A DNA stretch of 64,000 nucleotides from a virus. Where the stretch lies: positions 3,857 through 67,856 of IMG/VR virus record IMGVR_UViG_3300022602_000083. One strand, written 5' to 3'. Shown here in pieces: positions 9,230 to 19,143 of the stretch. The notes under the pieces were generated by a model, which worked only from the letters and a program-made list of their open reading frames with translations, made no database searches and was not told the origin of the DNA. The position numbers and the translations under genes are program-made. Each line of letters starts with the position of its first letter. The first letter of the stretch is position 1.

Positions 9230-10692
9230 ACATCGTATTTATGGGCGGAGAAGTACCGTCACACCGTATTCTACTGACCAATATGGACGTAAAGCACGTT
9301 AGCGTCAACTACTACCGTCTGGTAAAGCGAGGTCTTCCAAAGACTAAGCAATACCTCTTGGCTGAGCGTTTCCCAGAAGACGTGAAGATCTATGTAGATG
9401 GTGGCGGCCATAACCTCAACGATCTAAATATGACTGAGCGTGAGCTTGAGGAGTATGCGGCTGATTACCAGGACTTCCTGGCTATCAATGCCGATAGGAT
9501 CACCATGGCTACCGAGCTAGACGCCAAAGCTCTTGGCCAGAACTGGATCAATTACCAGAGGAAGACCTTTGGTGAGGAGTTCGGTCTGGATAAGTATGCG
9601 GTTGTCTGGCACCAGGAAACCGGTCACACTGGCCTTTTCAACCTAGCATCTCAGTTCCCTAACGTCGTACTGCTTGGGGAGTCCTTAGAGGACGACACGA
9701 GCCTGTCAGCACGTTCTAGGGCCCTTCTAAGTCAGTACCCTGACCTAGAATTTCATGGGGTGGCATGTGCCAAGCCGGATAACCTACGTCAGGTTCCTCT
9801 CACTACTGCTAGCACCCTCTCTTGGCTTAGCCCAATGATGAGAGGCGAGACAATAGTATGGGATGGCACTAGACTTATCCGCTATCAGAAGAAGCAGAAG
9901 GATCAAGCTCGTCCTCGTTATAAAGCTGTAATCGAGAGAGCCGGTCTAGACTTCGACAAGATTATGAATGATGATAGTAACGAGGTAACCCGCCTCGCTA
10001 TTTGGTCCTACCTGCAGTTGGAGAAGTCTTTGAACAGTAAGTTATCTGATCACAGTGGTGGAATGGATGACCCAGGTCTAGCGGAAACCAGGGGTTCTAC
10101 TCCTGATAACAGAGGGTCTGAGGTGCGGAAAGTTTTGTCGCCTGTAGCCCCTGAAGACCTCATGACATTGCCCGTTTTTGGTGTAAATAACAAGACGATC
10201 ATTGAGAAAGATGAGGCCGGACGAGACGTTATCGCTGACGTTCCTGTCCTTCAGAGCACTCAAACTTCGTTCCGTCAATGCAATAGTTGCTTCGTGGCTA
10301 GCAATTGTCCGGCCTTCACACCGAACAGTAGCTGCAAATTTAGTCTTCCTGTAGAGGTCAAGACTAAGGATCAGCTAAAGGGATTATTGAACGCAGTTAT
10401 CGAAATGCAGGGCGCTAGAGTCGCTTTTGCACGTTTTGCTGAAGAATTGAATGGTGGATACCCAGATCCTAATACCGGACAAGAGATTGACCGCCTATTC
10501 AAATTGGTAGGTGAGGTCAAGAAGTTAGAAGAGAATAAAGAGTTCATACAGATCACAGCACAGCGCCAATCCTCTGGTGGTATGCTTTCGGCCCTCTTCG
10601 GAGACCGGGCTAATACCCTCAGAGAAATCCCCGGTGGGGCAATAAGTGAGGGTGAAGTCAGCAAGATCATAGACCAAGGTCTAAACGGATAG
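9226..10692 (+). CDS. TGT (queuine tRNA-ribosyltransferase)-like TIM barrel fused to a Cys-cluster domain
   Basis: IYVDGGG, EFHGV and ASTLSW echo the LDSG/HGFG/DSTSW motifs; C-terminal CxxC-x5-C-x8-C. Confidence 0.5.
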   Translation: MNIVFMGGEVPSHRILLTNMDVKHVSVNYYRLVKRGLPKTKQYLLAERFPEDVKIYVDGGGHNLNDLNMTERELEEYAADYQDFLAINADRITMATELDAKALGQNWINYQRKTFGEEFGLDKYAVVWHQETGHTGLFNLASQFPNVVLLGESLEDDTSLSARSRALLSQYPDLEFHGVACAKPDNLRQVPLTTASTLSWLSPMMRGETIVWDGTRLIRYQKKQKDQARPRYKAVIERAGLDFDKIMNDDSNEVTRLAIWSYLQLEKSLNSKLSDHSGGMDDPGLAETRGSTPDNRGSEVRKVLSPVAPEDLMTLPVFGVNNKTIIEKDEAGRDVIADVPVLQSTQTSFRQCNSCFVASNCPAFTPNSSCKFSLPVEVKTKDQLKGLLNAVIEMQGARVAFARFAEELNGGYPDPNTGQEIDRLFKLVGEVKKLEENKEFIQITAQRQSSGGMLSALFGDRANTLREIPGGAISEGEVSKIIDQGLNG

Positions 10693-10733
10693 GACCTGTT
10701 AACAGTCAAAATATCTATAGAAAAGGGCGTCAC

Positions 10734-12770
10734 ATGTTTTCGTTTAAACTCGCAGACGAGTTTGTAGCATCATACCGATCCAAGAAGGTTCCGTGGGGAT
10801 ACCAGGATGCTGCCGGCAACTCCTTAGGAGAGATTACCTTTCTAAGAACTTACTCTCGTCTTAAAGAGGATGGGACCAAAGAGACTTGGGTGGATGTGTG
10901 CGAACGTGTAGTCAACGGCATGTACTCACTCCAAAAGGATCACGCCAAGCATAACCGACTACCTTGGTCTGACATGAAGGCTGCTACTTCAGCCAAAGAG
11001 GCGTTCGATCGCCTATTCAATCTTAAGTGGACTCCTCCTGGCCGTGGCCTATGGATGATGGGAACTCCACTAGTCAATGTACAGAAGAACTCTGCAGCGT
11101 TGCAGAACTGCTCCTTTGTATCTACAGAGTCTATGACCAAGAACAATCCGGCTAAGCCATTTGCCTTCCTCATGGAAGCATCCATGCTTGGCGTTGGCGT
11201 GGGCTTTGATGATAAGGGCGCAGATAAAGACTTTACTATCTATGATCCACAGAAAGGCGAAGAATATGTCATCCCCGACACCCGAGAAGGCTGGGTTGAA
11301 TCAACCACAGCTCTCATCAATGCTTACCTACGACCAGATTCAAAGGCTCCAACGTATAGTTACACAGAAATTCGAGCAGCAGGCGAACCAATCAAAACTT
11401 TCGGAGGAAAAGCTTCCGGACCAGAGCCTCTAATCAAGCTTCACAACCACATCATCAACCTATTTAAGAACAGAGCTGGCGATAAGCTGACTCGCCGTGA
11501 TATCGCAGATATCGGAAACATGATGGGCGTATGTGTGGTTGCAGGTAACGTTCGACGTTCAGCTGAACTTCTAATCGGCCGTATTGATGACGAAGACTTC
11601 CTAAATCTTAAGAACCATGAAGTATTCCCTGAGCGTAATGCCTACGACCCAACAGGGGAGAACTCTGGATGGGGCTGGATGTCTAACAACTCAGTAGAAG
11701 CGTCAGTAGGTCAAGACCTATCTCCAATCATTGACGGTATCGCCCGCAACGGTGAGCCGGGAGTAATCTGGATGGACGTCACTCGTAAGTACGGCCGTCT
11801 AGCAGATCCTGAGAACAACAAGGACTGGCGTGCCGCTGGCTACAACCCATGTGCTGAACAATCATTGGAATCCTTTGAGTGCTGCACATTGGTAGAAACC
11901 TACATCAACCGCCATGACAGCCTAGAAGATTTCAAGCGCACCCTCAAGTTCGCCTATCTCTATGCCAAGACTGTAACTCTCATCCCTACCCACTGGGAAG
12001 AAACCAACGCCATCATGCAGCGTAACCGTCGTATCGGAACCTCAATCTCCGGTATCGCTAACTTTGCTGACAGCAAGGGCTTGCCTCTACTCCGTACTTG
12101 GATGGACGAGGGATACAAGATCGTACAGTCCTATGATAAGAGCTATTCAGAATGGTTGGGTATTCGTGAGTCTATCAAGACGACCACAGTGAAGCCTTCC
12201 GGCACAGTCTCTATCCTCGCAGGTGAGTCTCCAGGAGTTCACTGGACACCAGGAGGCAAGTACTTCCTACGCACAATGCGCTTTAGTAAGGCTGACCCAA
12301 TGGTTGCCCTATTTAAGATGGCTAACTATCGTGTCGAAGACGCTGAGAGTGATCCTACAAATACTGCAGTTGTCTACTTCCCTATTAAGAGTAACTCCGA
12401 ACGCTCAGAGCACGATGTATCTATCTATGAGAAGATGGCTTTGGCTGCCACAGCTCAGCGTTATTGGTCAGATAACTCGGTGTCAGTAACTATCTCATTT
12501 AACCCTGAGACAGAGGCTAAGGCAATCGGTACAGCTCTGCATATGTATGACGGTCAGCTAAAGACCGTGTCATTCCTACCAATGGACAATGGCTCATACG
12601 CTCAGATGCCGTATACAAATAGTACCTCTGAAGAATACGAAGAAGGTACAATGACTTTGTTCCCAATTGATTTCTCGGGAATCTATGAAGGCATGGGTCT
12701 GGACGCAATTGGCGAAAGCTACTGCACCACAGATGCATGTGAAGTTAAGCTAATCAAAGACAACGCCTAA
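10734..12770 (+). CDS. nrdJ: Class II (B12-dependent) ribonucleotide reductase
   Basis: PPGRGLW, LQNC, GNVRRSA, NPCAEQ, TVKPSGT and C-terminal CTTDAC. Confidence 0.93.
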   Translation: MFSFKLADEFVASYRSKKVPWGYQDAAGNSLGEITFLRTYSRLKEDGTKETWVDVCERVVNGMYSLQKDHAKHNRLPWSDMKAATSAKEAFDRLFNLKWTPPGRGLWMMGTPLVNVQKNSAALQNCSFVSTESMTKNNPAKPFAFLMEASMLGVGVGFDDKGADKDFTIYDPQKGEEYVIPDTREGWVESTTALINAYLRPDSKAPTYSYTEIRAAGEPIKTFGGKASGPEPLIKLHNHIINLFKNRAGDKLTRRDIADIGNMMGVCVVAGNVRRSAELLIGRIDDEDFLNLKNHEVFPERNAYDPTGENSGWGWMSNNSVEASVGQDLSPIIDGIARNGEPGVIWMDVTRKYGRLADPENNKDWRAAGYNPCAEQSLESFECCTLVETYINRHDSLEDFKRTLKFAYLYAKTVTLIPTHWEETNAIMQRNRRIGTSISGIANFADSKGLPLLRTWMDEGYKIVQSYDKSYSEWLGIRESIKTTTVKPSGTVSILAGESPGVHWTPGGKYFLRTMRFSKADPMVALFKMANYRVEDAESDPTNTAVVYFPIKSNSERSEHDVSIYEKMALAATAQRYWSDNSVSVTISFNPETEAKAIGTALHMYDGQLKTVSFLPMDNGSYAQMPYTNSTSEEYEEGTMTLFPIDFSGIYEGMGLDAIGESYCTTDACEVKLIKDNA

Positions 12771-12778
12771 GGAGAAAC

Positions 12779-12910
12779 ATGCCAGAAGATATCAATCCAG
12801 ACCTATTTGATGAAGACTTCGAAGATGACTTCGAAGATGGATTCGATGATTTCGACTTCGATGAGGATGATCTAGAAGAACTAGAGGATGGCCTCACGGA
12901 CACCGAGTAA
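12779..12910 (+). CDS. 43 aa extremely acidic peptide (not in ORF track)
   Basis: AAGGAG RBS; MPEDINPDLFDEDFEDDFEDGFDDFDFDEDDLEELEDGLTDTE. Confidence 0.7.
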   Translation: MPEDINPDLFDEDFEDDFEDGFDDFDFDEDDLEELEDGLTDTE

Positions 12911-12929
12911 AATGGCCGACACAAACATT

Positions 12930-12958
12930 AGCCCCCGACCAAATGGCCGGGGGCTTTT
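12930..12958 (+). terminator. Intrinsic terminator between convergent operons
   Basis: AGCCCCCGACC-AAAT-GGCCGGGGGCT-TTT. Confidence 0.8.
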
Positions 12959-12968
12959 GCTTGCTTCC

Positions 12969-13178
12969 TTACTCTGCAATGAACTTACCTGAGTTATCGG
13001 TTAGCTCGTAGTATGTACTATCAGATACTTCTACATCCTCATAGGCTTCGAGTTCATCTGGATAGGTACTTCCGTTTATAAGGTTTTCATAGATCTCTTT
13101 AGCGTGTTCGGTATCCTCTGCTTCGAAGATTATCGTGCCGCTACGTGTTGTATCGAATTGGGCTCTGAACTTAGGCAT
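12969..13178 (-). CDS. Small acidic protein
   Basis: AAGGAGG RBS before MPKFRAQF. Confidence 0.65.
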   Translation of the reverse strand: MPKFRAQFDTTRSGTIIFEAEDTEHAKEIYENLINGSTYPDELEAYEDVEVSDSTYYELTDNSGKFIAE

Positions 13179-13305
13179 TTGTATCCTCCTTGTATTGGCA
13201 TTCACAGTCTCTTACTTCATACGTATCGTCATCTATGAACCACATAGTCTTTCCCGTACCATAACACATCTGACAGGTACGGGGGTATAACTTAATCATG
13301 TCCAC
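13171..13305 (-). CDS. Small CxxCxGxG Zn-finger protein (not in ORF track)
   Basis: AAGGAG RBS; CQMCYGTG...CEC. Confidence 0.55.
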   Translation of the reverse strand: MDMIKLYPRTCQMCYGTGKTMWFIDDDTYEVRDCECQYKEDTNA

Positions 13306-13393
13306 AATGATTCTCCTTATCTAGCATCCCACCAAGCTCTTAGGAATAACCCAAGAACTGATCCGACTATTGCCCCTATAGTTGGTAATAGAA

Positions 13394-13660
13394 TCATGCA
13401 TCCGCCTTCCAGGTTAGCTCACCTGATAGATGTGTTGGCTTGCCTAGATCGTTTGTAGCACCGATTACCATCTTGATTGACTTGCGTGGTGTGGTTGTTA
13501 GTACATAGGTCTTAAGATATCTCTTAGCTGCAGATGGGTTAGCCCATGCAGAGTGATTGACTCCGAGCACATCATCAATAGTCATGAGCCAAGCACCACC
13601 CTTCTCGACAGATGTATTCTTAGTTAGTGTTACCTTCAGTGTTTTTGTTACTTTAGCCAT
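13394..13660 (-). CDS. Hypothetical basic protein
   Basis: GGAG RBS. Confidence 0.65.
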   Translation of the reverse strand: MAKVTKTLKVTLTKNTSVEKGGAWLMTIDDVLGVNHSAWANPSAAKRYLKTYVLTTTPRKSIKMVIGATNDLGKPTHLSGELTWKADA

Positions 13661-13669
13661 TTTGCTCTC

Positions 13670-13903
13670 CTATAGTTTTATGTTTGTTTTGAAGCCAACA
13701 TGCTTTAGATCACGCATGATGTTCTTGCCAGCTCTTGGATCACCTAGACTTTGGGCCCCAAAGAATACAGACTTACCTGTCTTAGGATTTACTACCTTGA
13801 TGTGTTGATTAGCTGTAGTTCTGACTTTATAGCCAGCAGTTTCTAATGTGCCTATTAGCTTTCTTATCTCCTTATTTCGTATATTTAATTGTGCGAATTG
13901 CAT
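13670..13903 (-). CDS. HicA-like dsRBD-fold protein
   Basis: KEIRKLI...GYKV...HIKV...DPRAGKN..RDLK pattern. Confidence 0.55.
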   Translation of the reverse strand: MQFAQLNIRNKEIRKLIGTLETAGYKVRTTANQHIKVVNPKTGKSVFFGAQSLGDPRAGKNIMRDLKHVGFKTNIKL

Positions 13904-13910
13904 TTCATCA

Positions 13911-14111
13911 TCACTCCTCAACCTCTCTTATAGACTCTATGCTTCCATACTCTCCAGGTCTAGTTAGGTCATTGATGTTGACCCACTGTTCCTTGTTCCT
14001 ATCGAATACTTTAAGAGCCCACTCTCTATTGTTTAGATCTTGTTGGTCATCAATACGCCACCTCTTGAGCTTTACTCTGAAGGTTATACGTAAGTCATGT
14101 AGGTCATCCAT
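13911..14111 (-). CDS. Hypothetical protein
   Basis: AGGAGG RBS. Confidence 0.6.
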   Translation of the reverse strand: MDDLHDLRITFRVKLKRWRIDDQQDLNNREWALKVFDRNKEQWVNINDLTRPGEYGSIESIREVEE

Positions 14112-14161
14112 ATGTTTTTCCTCCTACTTTTAGTCTAGCCGATTGTTTGTGTTGAGTCAAA

Positions 14162-14617
14162 CTACTCCTCATCATCACCAATCTGGATATCTTTCTGACA
14201 TGCCTTAACCACCACTTGATCCAGCTCAGCTCGCATTAAGCTCAGTGCCTCAGCAGGGATCACGTCAAAGGCACGATCAAGCATCTGTGCCAATGAATAG
14301 TCTGAATTGATACTAAGTGCATACTCAATCATCTTGACTGCAGAGTCTAAGTTGCCACGCTCATACTCGAAGGCTGCATTGACTGTGATGAACGGCACAC
14401 CGTCTTCCTTCGTAGTATTTACAGCCATGTAGCGTACGAACTCAATAGACTCATCAAGACTGAACCTAGCAGGCATACCTAGGACCCAATCACGAACCTG
14501 TAGATCATTGTTAACGCCAAAGATAACCTTCTCAAGCCTCTCATCTTCAAGAGGGATGATGTTATTGATGCTATCTTCGATTAGATTAACTACCTCTTTG
14601 CGTGTTGTAGTTATCAT
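14162..14617 (-). CDS. DUF4192-like helical protein
   Basis: DLQVRD and ALSINSDYSLAQML motifs. Confidence 0.6.
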   Translation of the reverse strand: MITTTRKEVVNLIEDSINNIIPLEDERLEKVIFGVNNDLQVRDWVLGMPARFSLDESIEFVRYMAVNTTKEDGVPFITVNAAFEYERGNLDSAVKMIEYALSINSDYSLAQMLDRAFDVIPAEALSLMRAELDQVVVKACQKDIQIGDDEE

Positions 14618-15070
14618 TTACTTACCTTTCTTCTCGGTTGTACGGAATGTGCCTTCTGGTGTAGGCCATTGGTATGGTAGATCTTCAGCCACATCAAAAG
14701 CATAGTGCTCTGGGAGCTTACGCTTTAGATTGGACTGATGGCTTTCATGGAACTTCTCTGCACCTAACCACCAAGGCTTACTGACCGGACTAAGCTTGAA
14801 CCGTTTGACTAAGTCCAGTACCTGTTCCTTGGTGTTGTCTTGAAAGCCACGCTTTACCCACTCATCGCACATGGCTACTGTGTAGGCTGCTAGCTTTCCC
14901 TCGTGTCCACGCCACATTACTGAGGCTGGGTGATTACGCCATCCCTGGGTGATACCTAGGTTTGCTCGTAGGATCTGAAATGCTTCTACACGCTGCTTAC
15001 CAAGCCTCTGATTATCCAGAGACTTAGCAACCTGCTTGAAGTCTGCATAGGGTAGGAATGTGTTAACCAT
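14618..15070 (-). CDS. Pyrimidine-dimer DNA glycosylase family (DenV-like)
   Basis: TFLPY, LDNQRLGKQRVE, HPASVMW, EWVKRG and SHQSNL. Confidence 0.85.
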   Translation of the reverse strand: MVNTFLPYADFKQVAKSLDNQRLGKQRVEAFQILRANLGITQGWRNHPASVMWRGHEGKLAAYTVAMCDEWVKRGFQDNTKEQVLDLVKRFKLSPVSKPWWLGAEKFHESHQSNLKRKLPEHYAFDVAEDLPYQWPTPEGTFRTTEKKGK

Positions 15071-15180
15071 TAGTCCTCCTCATCTCCAAAGTAACAGTCC
15101 CAGCAGGTAACTCTTTGACTGTGTACAACATAGGAGTCGTCTTGGCCTAACACATCTTCACATAGACTGCATGTAATCAT
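15070..15180 (-). CDS. Small Zn-finger peptide (not in ORF track)
   Basis: CSLC...CWDC, GGAGG RBS. Confidence 0.5.
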   Translation of the reverse strand: MITCSLCEDVLGQDDSYVVHSQRVTCWDCYFGDEED

Positions 15181-15332
15181 TCGTCCTCCAATAGCATAGG
15201 GATTAGATCTTCAGCCCCATGTTTGATTAGTAGTTGGCGTACTGTTTCTTTGTTTGTGTTGAGCTGCTCAATCTCACGCTTTCTAAGCATCTCACTTAGC
15301 CAGCGTGCGGGGTCCTCTTGTCTCAGGCTCAT
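15177..15332 (-). CDS. Small hypothetical protein (not in ORF track)
   Basis: ATGA-coupled 51 aa ORF. Confidence 0.5.
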   Translation of the reverse strand: MSLRQEDPARWLSEMLRKREIEQLNTNKETVRQLLIKHGAEDLIPMLLEDE

Positions 15333-15520
15333 GCTAATACCGTTAGCACTACACCGTTATCCTGTGCCCATTCAACTGGCTCAGAGATAGACTCGATTGT
15401 TAGGTTGGCTCCACCATCTACTAAGTCATCAGAGATATGTAGTAGAAACATTTGTGCTGCTTCATAGTCATTGAAAGGACCTATCAATGACTCAGTGATA
15501 CTGTCGAATAGAACGTACAT
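15329..15520 (-). CDS. Hypothetical protein
   Basis: TAATG coupling. Confidence 0.6.
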   Translation of the reverse strand: MYVLFDSITESLIGPFNDYEAAQMFLLHISDDLVDGGANLTIESISEPVEWAQDNGVVLTVLA

Positions 15521-17325
15521 TATCTTCCTCTCTTTCTCATTGAACCTACGACTACAGACCTAGCAAACGGCAGAAGATCACGGGCGCTAGCTACTCGACC
15601 ATAGATCTCAACACCATGCTTGAACTTGTCATCGGTATACCCATAACGCTCTTCGTACCATACACGCTCTCTATCCTCCATGATTAAGGTCATGGTGGTT
15701 AGTACTCCACGCTTACTGATACGTTCAATAACTTCATCATTCTTGTCGGCATCGAAGACACCGTCAGTAATAATGAATAGCATCTTATTCTTCTTACGTG
15801 AAGACATAAGAAGTTGCTCAGCTGCTAGCAATGATGAGTACGGATTAGTACCACCATTACCATAGATGAACTTGTAGGTAGTTCTATCTGCAGACTCCTC
15901 ACGACGATACGCTGTCTCAGCAGCATCATCGAAGGCATAGACTGTTACCAGACCGCCTACTTGTTCTAGAGCACGCTTGATAGTCCAGCATGCAATAGAG
16001 GCTTCACGATCGTTGCCACCGCCCATAGAACCTGAGCGATCAACTAAGATCACAGCTTCGATATCAGCACCATCAGTACCCTCATCCCAACGATCGAAGG
16101 CTTCATCAATCTCACAGCCTCTGATTACACGTTGGACATTGAGCCTACCACTGGCTTCTTGCTTATGCCAAGCTGGTTCGCACTCATCACGCAAGCGTTC
16201 TAGCTCGTGTGCGAACTTACGATATACAGCCATAGCTTCAGCAGGGACGCTAGTCTTATCGAACCTACCATTCTTGATAGTATCGTTGTGCTTACCATCG
16301 CCTCCGACAATAACCTTTTGCTTTGTCTTGACGTCAGCTTGCACATCCTTACGTGCTAGTACATCCTCAACTACTTTATCGAGCATGTCGTGAACACTGT
16401 CTGGAATACCACCTAGACTTTCATGATGACCTTCTCCATCTAGCTTACCTCCTGGATTATCTGTATTGCGGTTGGCCATATCCAACGCATCCTGCTGTGT
16501 GGCAGGGGATTTGTTTGTGTTGGACGGCGTAGGTGACTCAGCTTTACCACTGTTCTTACCTTGGTTAGCGTCACGCTCCTGCGCCTTGCCAGGATCAGGA
16601 CGACCCTTACTTACTGGGTCACGAGAGGTACAACCATTCATACCTTCTGGTGTCTTATCAGACCAGTTAGCAAGCACCTCATTCTTGAATCGTCTAATCA
16701 ATTCAAGACCCTTGTCGTAGTCCTTAGGGAATGCTAATACACGATACTGATCAACGATGTCAACGATTGCGGGGATTAGTGAAGGCTCTGCGAACATATC
16801 TCTGAACGCTTCACGTACCTCAATCGGTAGATACCTACGACCACGCACCAGCATATAGTTACCCATAGCATCTTCAGGTGTGCGGCCTAGCCATCTAGCC
16901 ACAGTTGCAGTGAGGAATGGTGCAATAGATGGATACCTAGATACGAACAGCGTTTCGATACGCTGATCCTCTAGCATATTAGCTGCTTGCATCAAGTCTT
17001 CCTCAAGCACCTTCTTCATGAAGACTGTGCCTTTGCGTGGTGTATACAAGTGATGGGCTAACTCGTGGAAGTTAAGACCATTTACCTGAGTCAACGCATC
17101 AAGATCAATGTCTTCTATCTGATTGGCATTGATAAAGATTGCTTGACCATCTGACCAAGCAGGTGCAGGACCATCAGGAACAACATTCACAATCACTGGG
17201 TCACCAGTGATTACTCTGTCTGCCTGTTCATACACACGGCATAACGCATTAAGTCTCACAGCACGAAGCTGTGCTTCCTCTGTACGCTCTGCTATATACC
17301 TTTCATCTAAGTTGTCTTCGAACAT
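15520..17325 (-). CDS. vWA-domain protein with N-terminal HExxH (CobT-like)
   Basis: FHELAH, NMLEDQRIE, MIDAS VDRSGSM, GGT and IITDG. Confidence 0.85.
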   Translation of the reverse strand: MFEDNLDERYIAERTEEAQLRAVRLNALCRVYEQADRVITGDPVIVNVVPDGPAPAWSDGQAIFINANQIEDIDLDALTQVNGLNFHELAHHLYTPRKGTVFMKKVLEEDLMQAANMLEDQRIETLFVSRYPSIAPFLTATVARWLGRTPEDAMGNYMLVRGRRYLPIEVREAFRDMFAEPSLIPAIVDIVDQYRVLAFPKDYDKGLELIRRFKNEVLANWSDKTPEGMNGCTSRDPVSKGRPDPGKAQERDANQGKNSGKAESPTPSNTNKSPATQQDALDMANRNTDNPGGKLDGEGHHESLGGIPDSVHDMLDKVVEDVLARKDVQADVKTKQKVIVGGDGKHNDTIKNGRFDKTSVPAEAMAVYRKFAHELERLRDECEPAWHKQEASGRLNVQRVIRGCEIDEAFDRWDEGTDGADIEAVILVDRSGSMGGGNDREASIACWTIKRALEQVGGLVTVYAFDDAAETAYRREESADRTTYKFIYGNGGTNPYSSLLAAEQLLMSSRKKNKMLFIITDGVFDADKNDEVIERISKRGVLTTMTLIMEDRERVWYEERYGYTDDKFKHGVEIYGRVASARDLLPFARSVVVGSMRKRGR

Positions 17326-17336
17326 TTGTAGCCCCC

Positions 17337-18713
17337 TTATACGTTATATGCTGCTGCTACTACCCATTGTTGAAGTTCTTCATCAAGTGTTGGTGTCTTC
17401 TCAGCTTCTACTGCTTCTTCCTCAATTACTGGGGCAATACCGAAGTCTGATTGGATGTTGTACTGATGTGTCTGGAATACCAAACGAACTGATGCTTGCT
17501 CTTCAGCACCGAAGTGAGCGATGAAGTTTTCCACTGCGAACTCATAGCCAAGCTTGCCTACGAAGTCACTGAACTCAATGAGCATGTTTGTGCTGATTGG
17601 GGTGTCGTACTGACCCTTGGCTGCTTCTGCACGAAGCTGCTTAACTACTGTACGCAATGCCTTGCTTGCTACGAGCTTTTCCTCGACTGCATCATCGTAG
17701 TCCCACGCTAGCTGAATATCAAAGCGGTTACGCATTGCAAAGTTCAGCGGTGTTGTACCAATGTAATCTGGATTCATAGTAGCGAAGATGGTTAGATCTG
17801 GATGAGCCTCAATAGTTTCACCCATGTGATCTAGCAGTGTGATAGTACGACGACCATCAGTCAATGGATACAAGGTGGTATAGATCTTAGGACTAATGAA
17901 GTTCATCTCGTCTAGCAGCAACACGCCACCGTTACGAACCACATCGGTTACTGGACCATCAATCCAACCATAACCACCATTACCATCAGGAATGAAGCCA
18001 CCGAATAACTGGCGAGATTCCATAGATGCGTTACCAGATACTGTAGCCATACGCAGATCATTTTCAGCAGCCCATGCTTCTACAGCTGTTGTCTTACCTG
18101 GACCAGTTGGGCCATAGATAAGAACGTTAATGCCTTCGGCACGTGCGATATCAAAGGTCTTGAAGTCTTCGACTCCATACACCTTACGATGCACATAGCG
18201 TTCTGCCAGGTGCTTAGATGGAACTGTTGCTAACGACACGTTAAAAGCGGGGGTGCTGTCGTCTGTTTGTGTTGGCACAGGTACTACCAACGGACTTGTT
18301 GTTGCTCGGTTATCTATCACGTATTCCTCCAGGTTGTCGTCTCCTACCTCAACTTGAGAATAGAAGTCTTGGATTACATCTGCAATGGATGTCTTCATAT
18401 CCACTGTAGATTTATTGTGTGCACTTACTGCTTTAGTAGTAAGGACGGGAGAGTATCCCTTGGCATCAATAGCACGCAAGTCTGCTGCTGTCACATATAC
18501 ACCAACAGGCCTGTGAGTAACTACTTCGCCATCCTTAAAGGATGTATTTAGATTGGCAAGGGTGTCAGCCTCCCACTTATTGTGGGTACCCTTGGTTCCA
18601 TCAGTAAGACGTGAATAGACATTGATAGCTCCCTTGTAAGGAACTAGTAATATCTGACGTCTATGATTATTCATAGATGCTTCATATGACTCTGTGAACA
18701 TTGCGATGTCCAT
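17337..18713 (-). CDS. MoxR/CbbQ/CobS-like AAA+ ATPase
   Basis: GPTGPGKT, LLLDEMN, ATMNP and RNRF. Confidence 0.9.
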   Translation of the reverse strand: MDIAMFTESYEASMNNHRRQILLVPYKGAINVYSRLTDGTKGTHNKWEADTLANLNTSFKDGEVVTHRPVGVYVTAADLRAIDAKGYSPVLTTKAVSAHNKSTVDMKTSIADVIQDFYSQVEVGDDNLEEYVIDNRATTSPLVVPVPTQTDDSTPAFNVSLATVPSKHLAERYVHRKVYGVEDFKTFDIARAEGINVLIYGPTGPGKTTAVEAWAAENDLRMATVSGNASMESRQLFGGFIPDGNGGYGWIDGPVTDVVRNGGVLLLDEMNFISPKIYTTLYPLTDGRRTITLLDHMGETIEAHPDLTIFATMNPDYIGTTPLNFAMRNRFDIQLAWDYDDAVEEKLVASKALRTVVKQLRAEAAKGQYDTPISTNMLIEFSDFVGKLGYEFAVENFIAHFGAEEQASVRLVFQTHQYNIQSDFGIAPVIEEEAVEAEKTPTLDEELQQWVVAAAYNV

Positions 18714-18961
18714 TAGTACTCTCCTTCTTCATCATTGAGGATACCGTTCAGTCTACCCTCTAAGACTGTTGCAAGAGCAAACGCTGCTTGCTTCTCTCTA
18801 GTCCACTCAGTAATGAGTTCGTAGAGAAAACCTTTATCTTCTGCTTTATCAATGATCTTTGATACCTGCATGCAGGCGTAATCAATGAACTGTTCCATCT
18901 CTTCAGCTGGAATGCCGCTCATTTCTCCATCAAAGCCATCATAATCACATTGGTGACACAT
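18713..18961 (-). CDS. Hypothetical acidic protein
   Basis: AAGGAG RBS. Confidence 0.6.
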   Translation of the reverse strand: MCHQCDYDGFDGEMSGIPAEEMEQFIDYACMQVSKIIDKAEDKGFLYELITEWTREKQAAFALATVLEGRLNGILNDEEGEY

Positions 18962-18979
18962 GTTGTTCTCCTTATTTAG

Positions 18980-19140
18980 ATATTAGGCTGGCTTACCTCC
19001 GGTGCCCGCAGGGAAATCTGGACGCCGCAACTTTGGCTCAACATCGTCGCACAAAGTAACGTACCTTTGTGGCTGGTTTCTTGCGTACTCGTCTATAGGA
19101 GTGAGATATATACAAGAGGTTGGCTTAGCCAGCCCAACAT
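18980..19140 (-). ncRNA. Candidate multibranch structured RNA
   Basis: 14 bp closing stem AUGUUGGGCUGGCU/AGCCAGCCUAAUAU with two G-U pairs valid only on the - strand; internal hairpins; no ORF. Confidence 0.55.
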
Positions 19141-19143
19141 TAT

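Noticed and set aside
10734-12770. Intein or intron in nrdJ (also checked terL)
   Set aside because: Lengths are normal and no splice-junction or homing-endonuclease motifs are visible.
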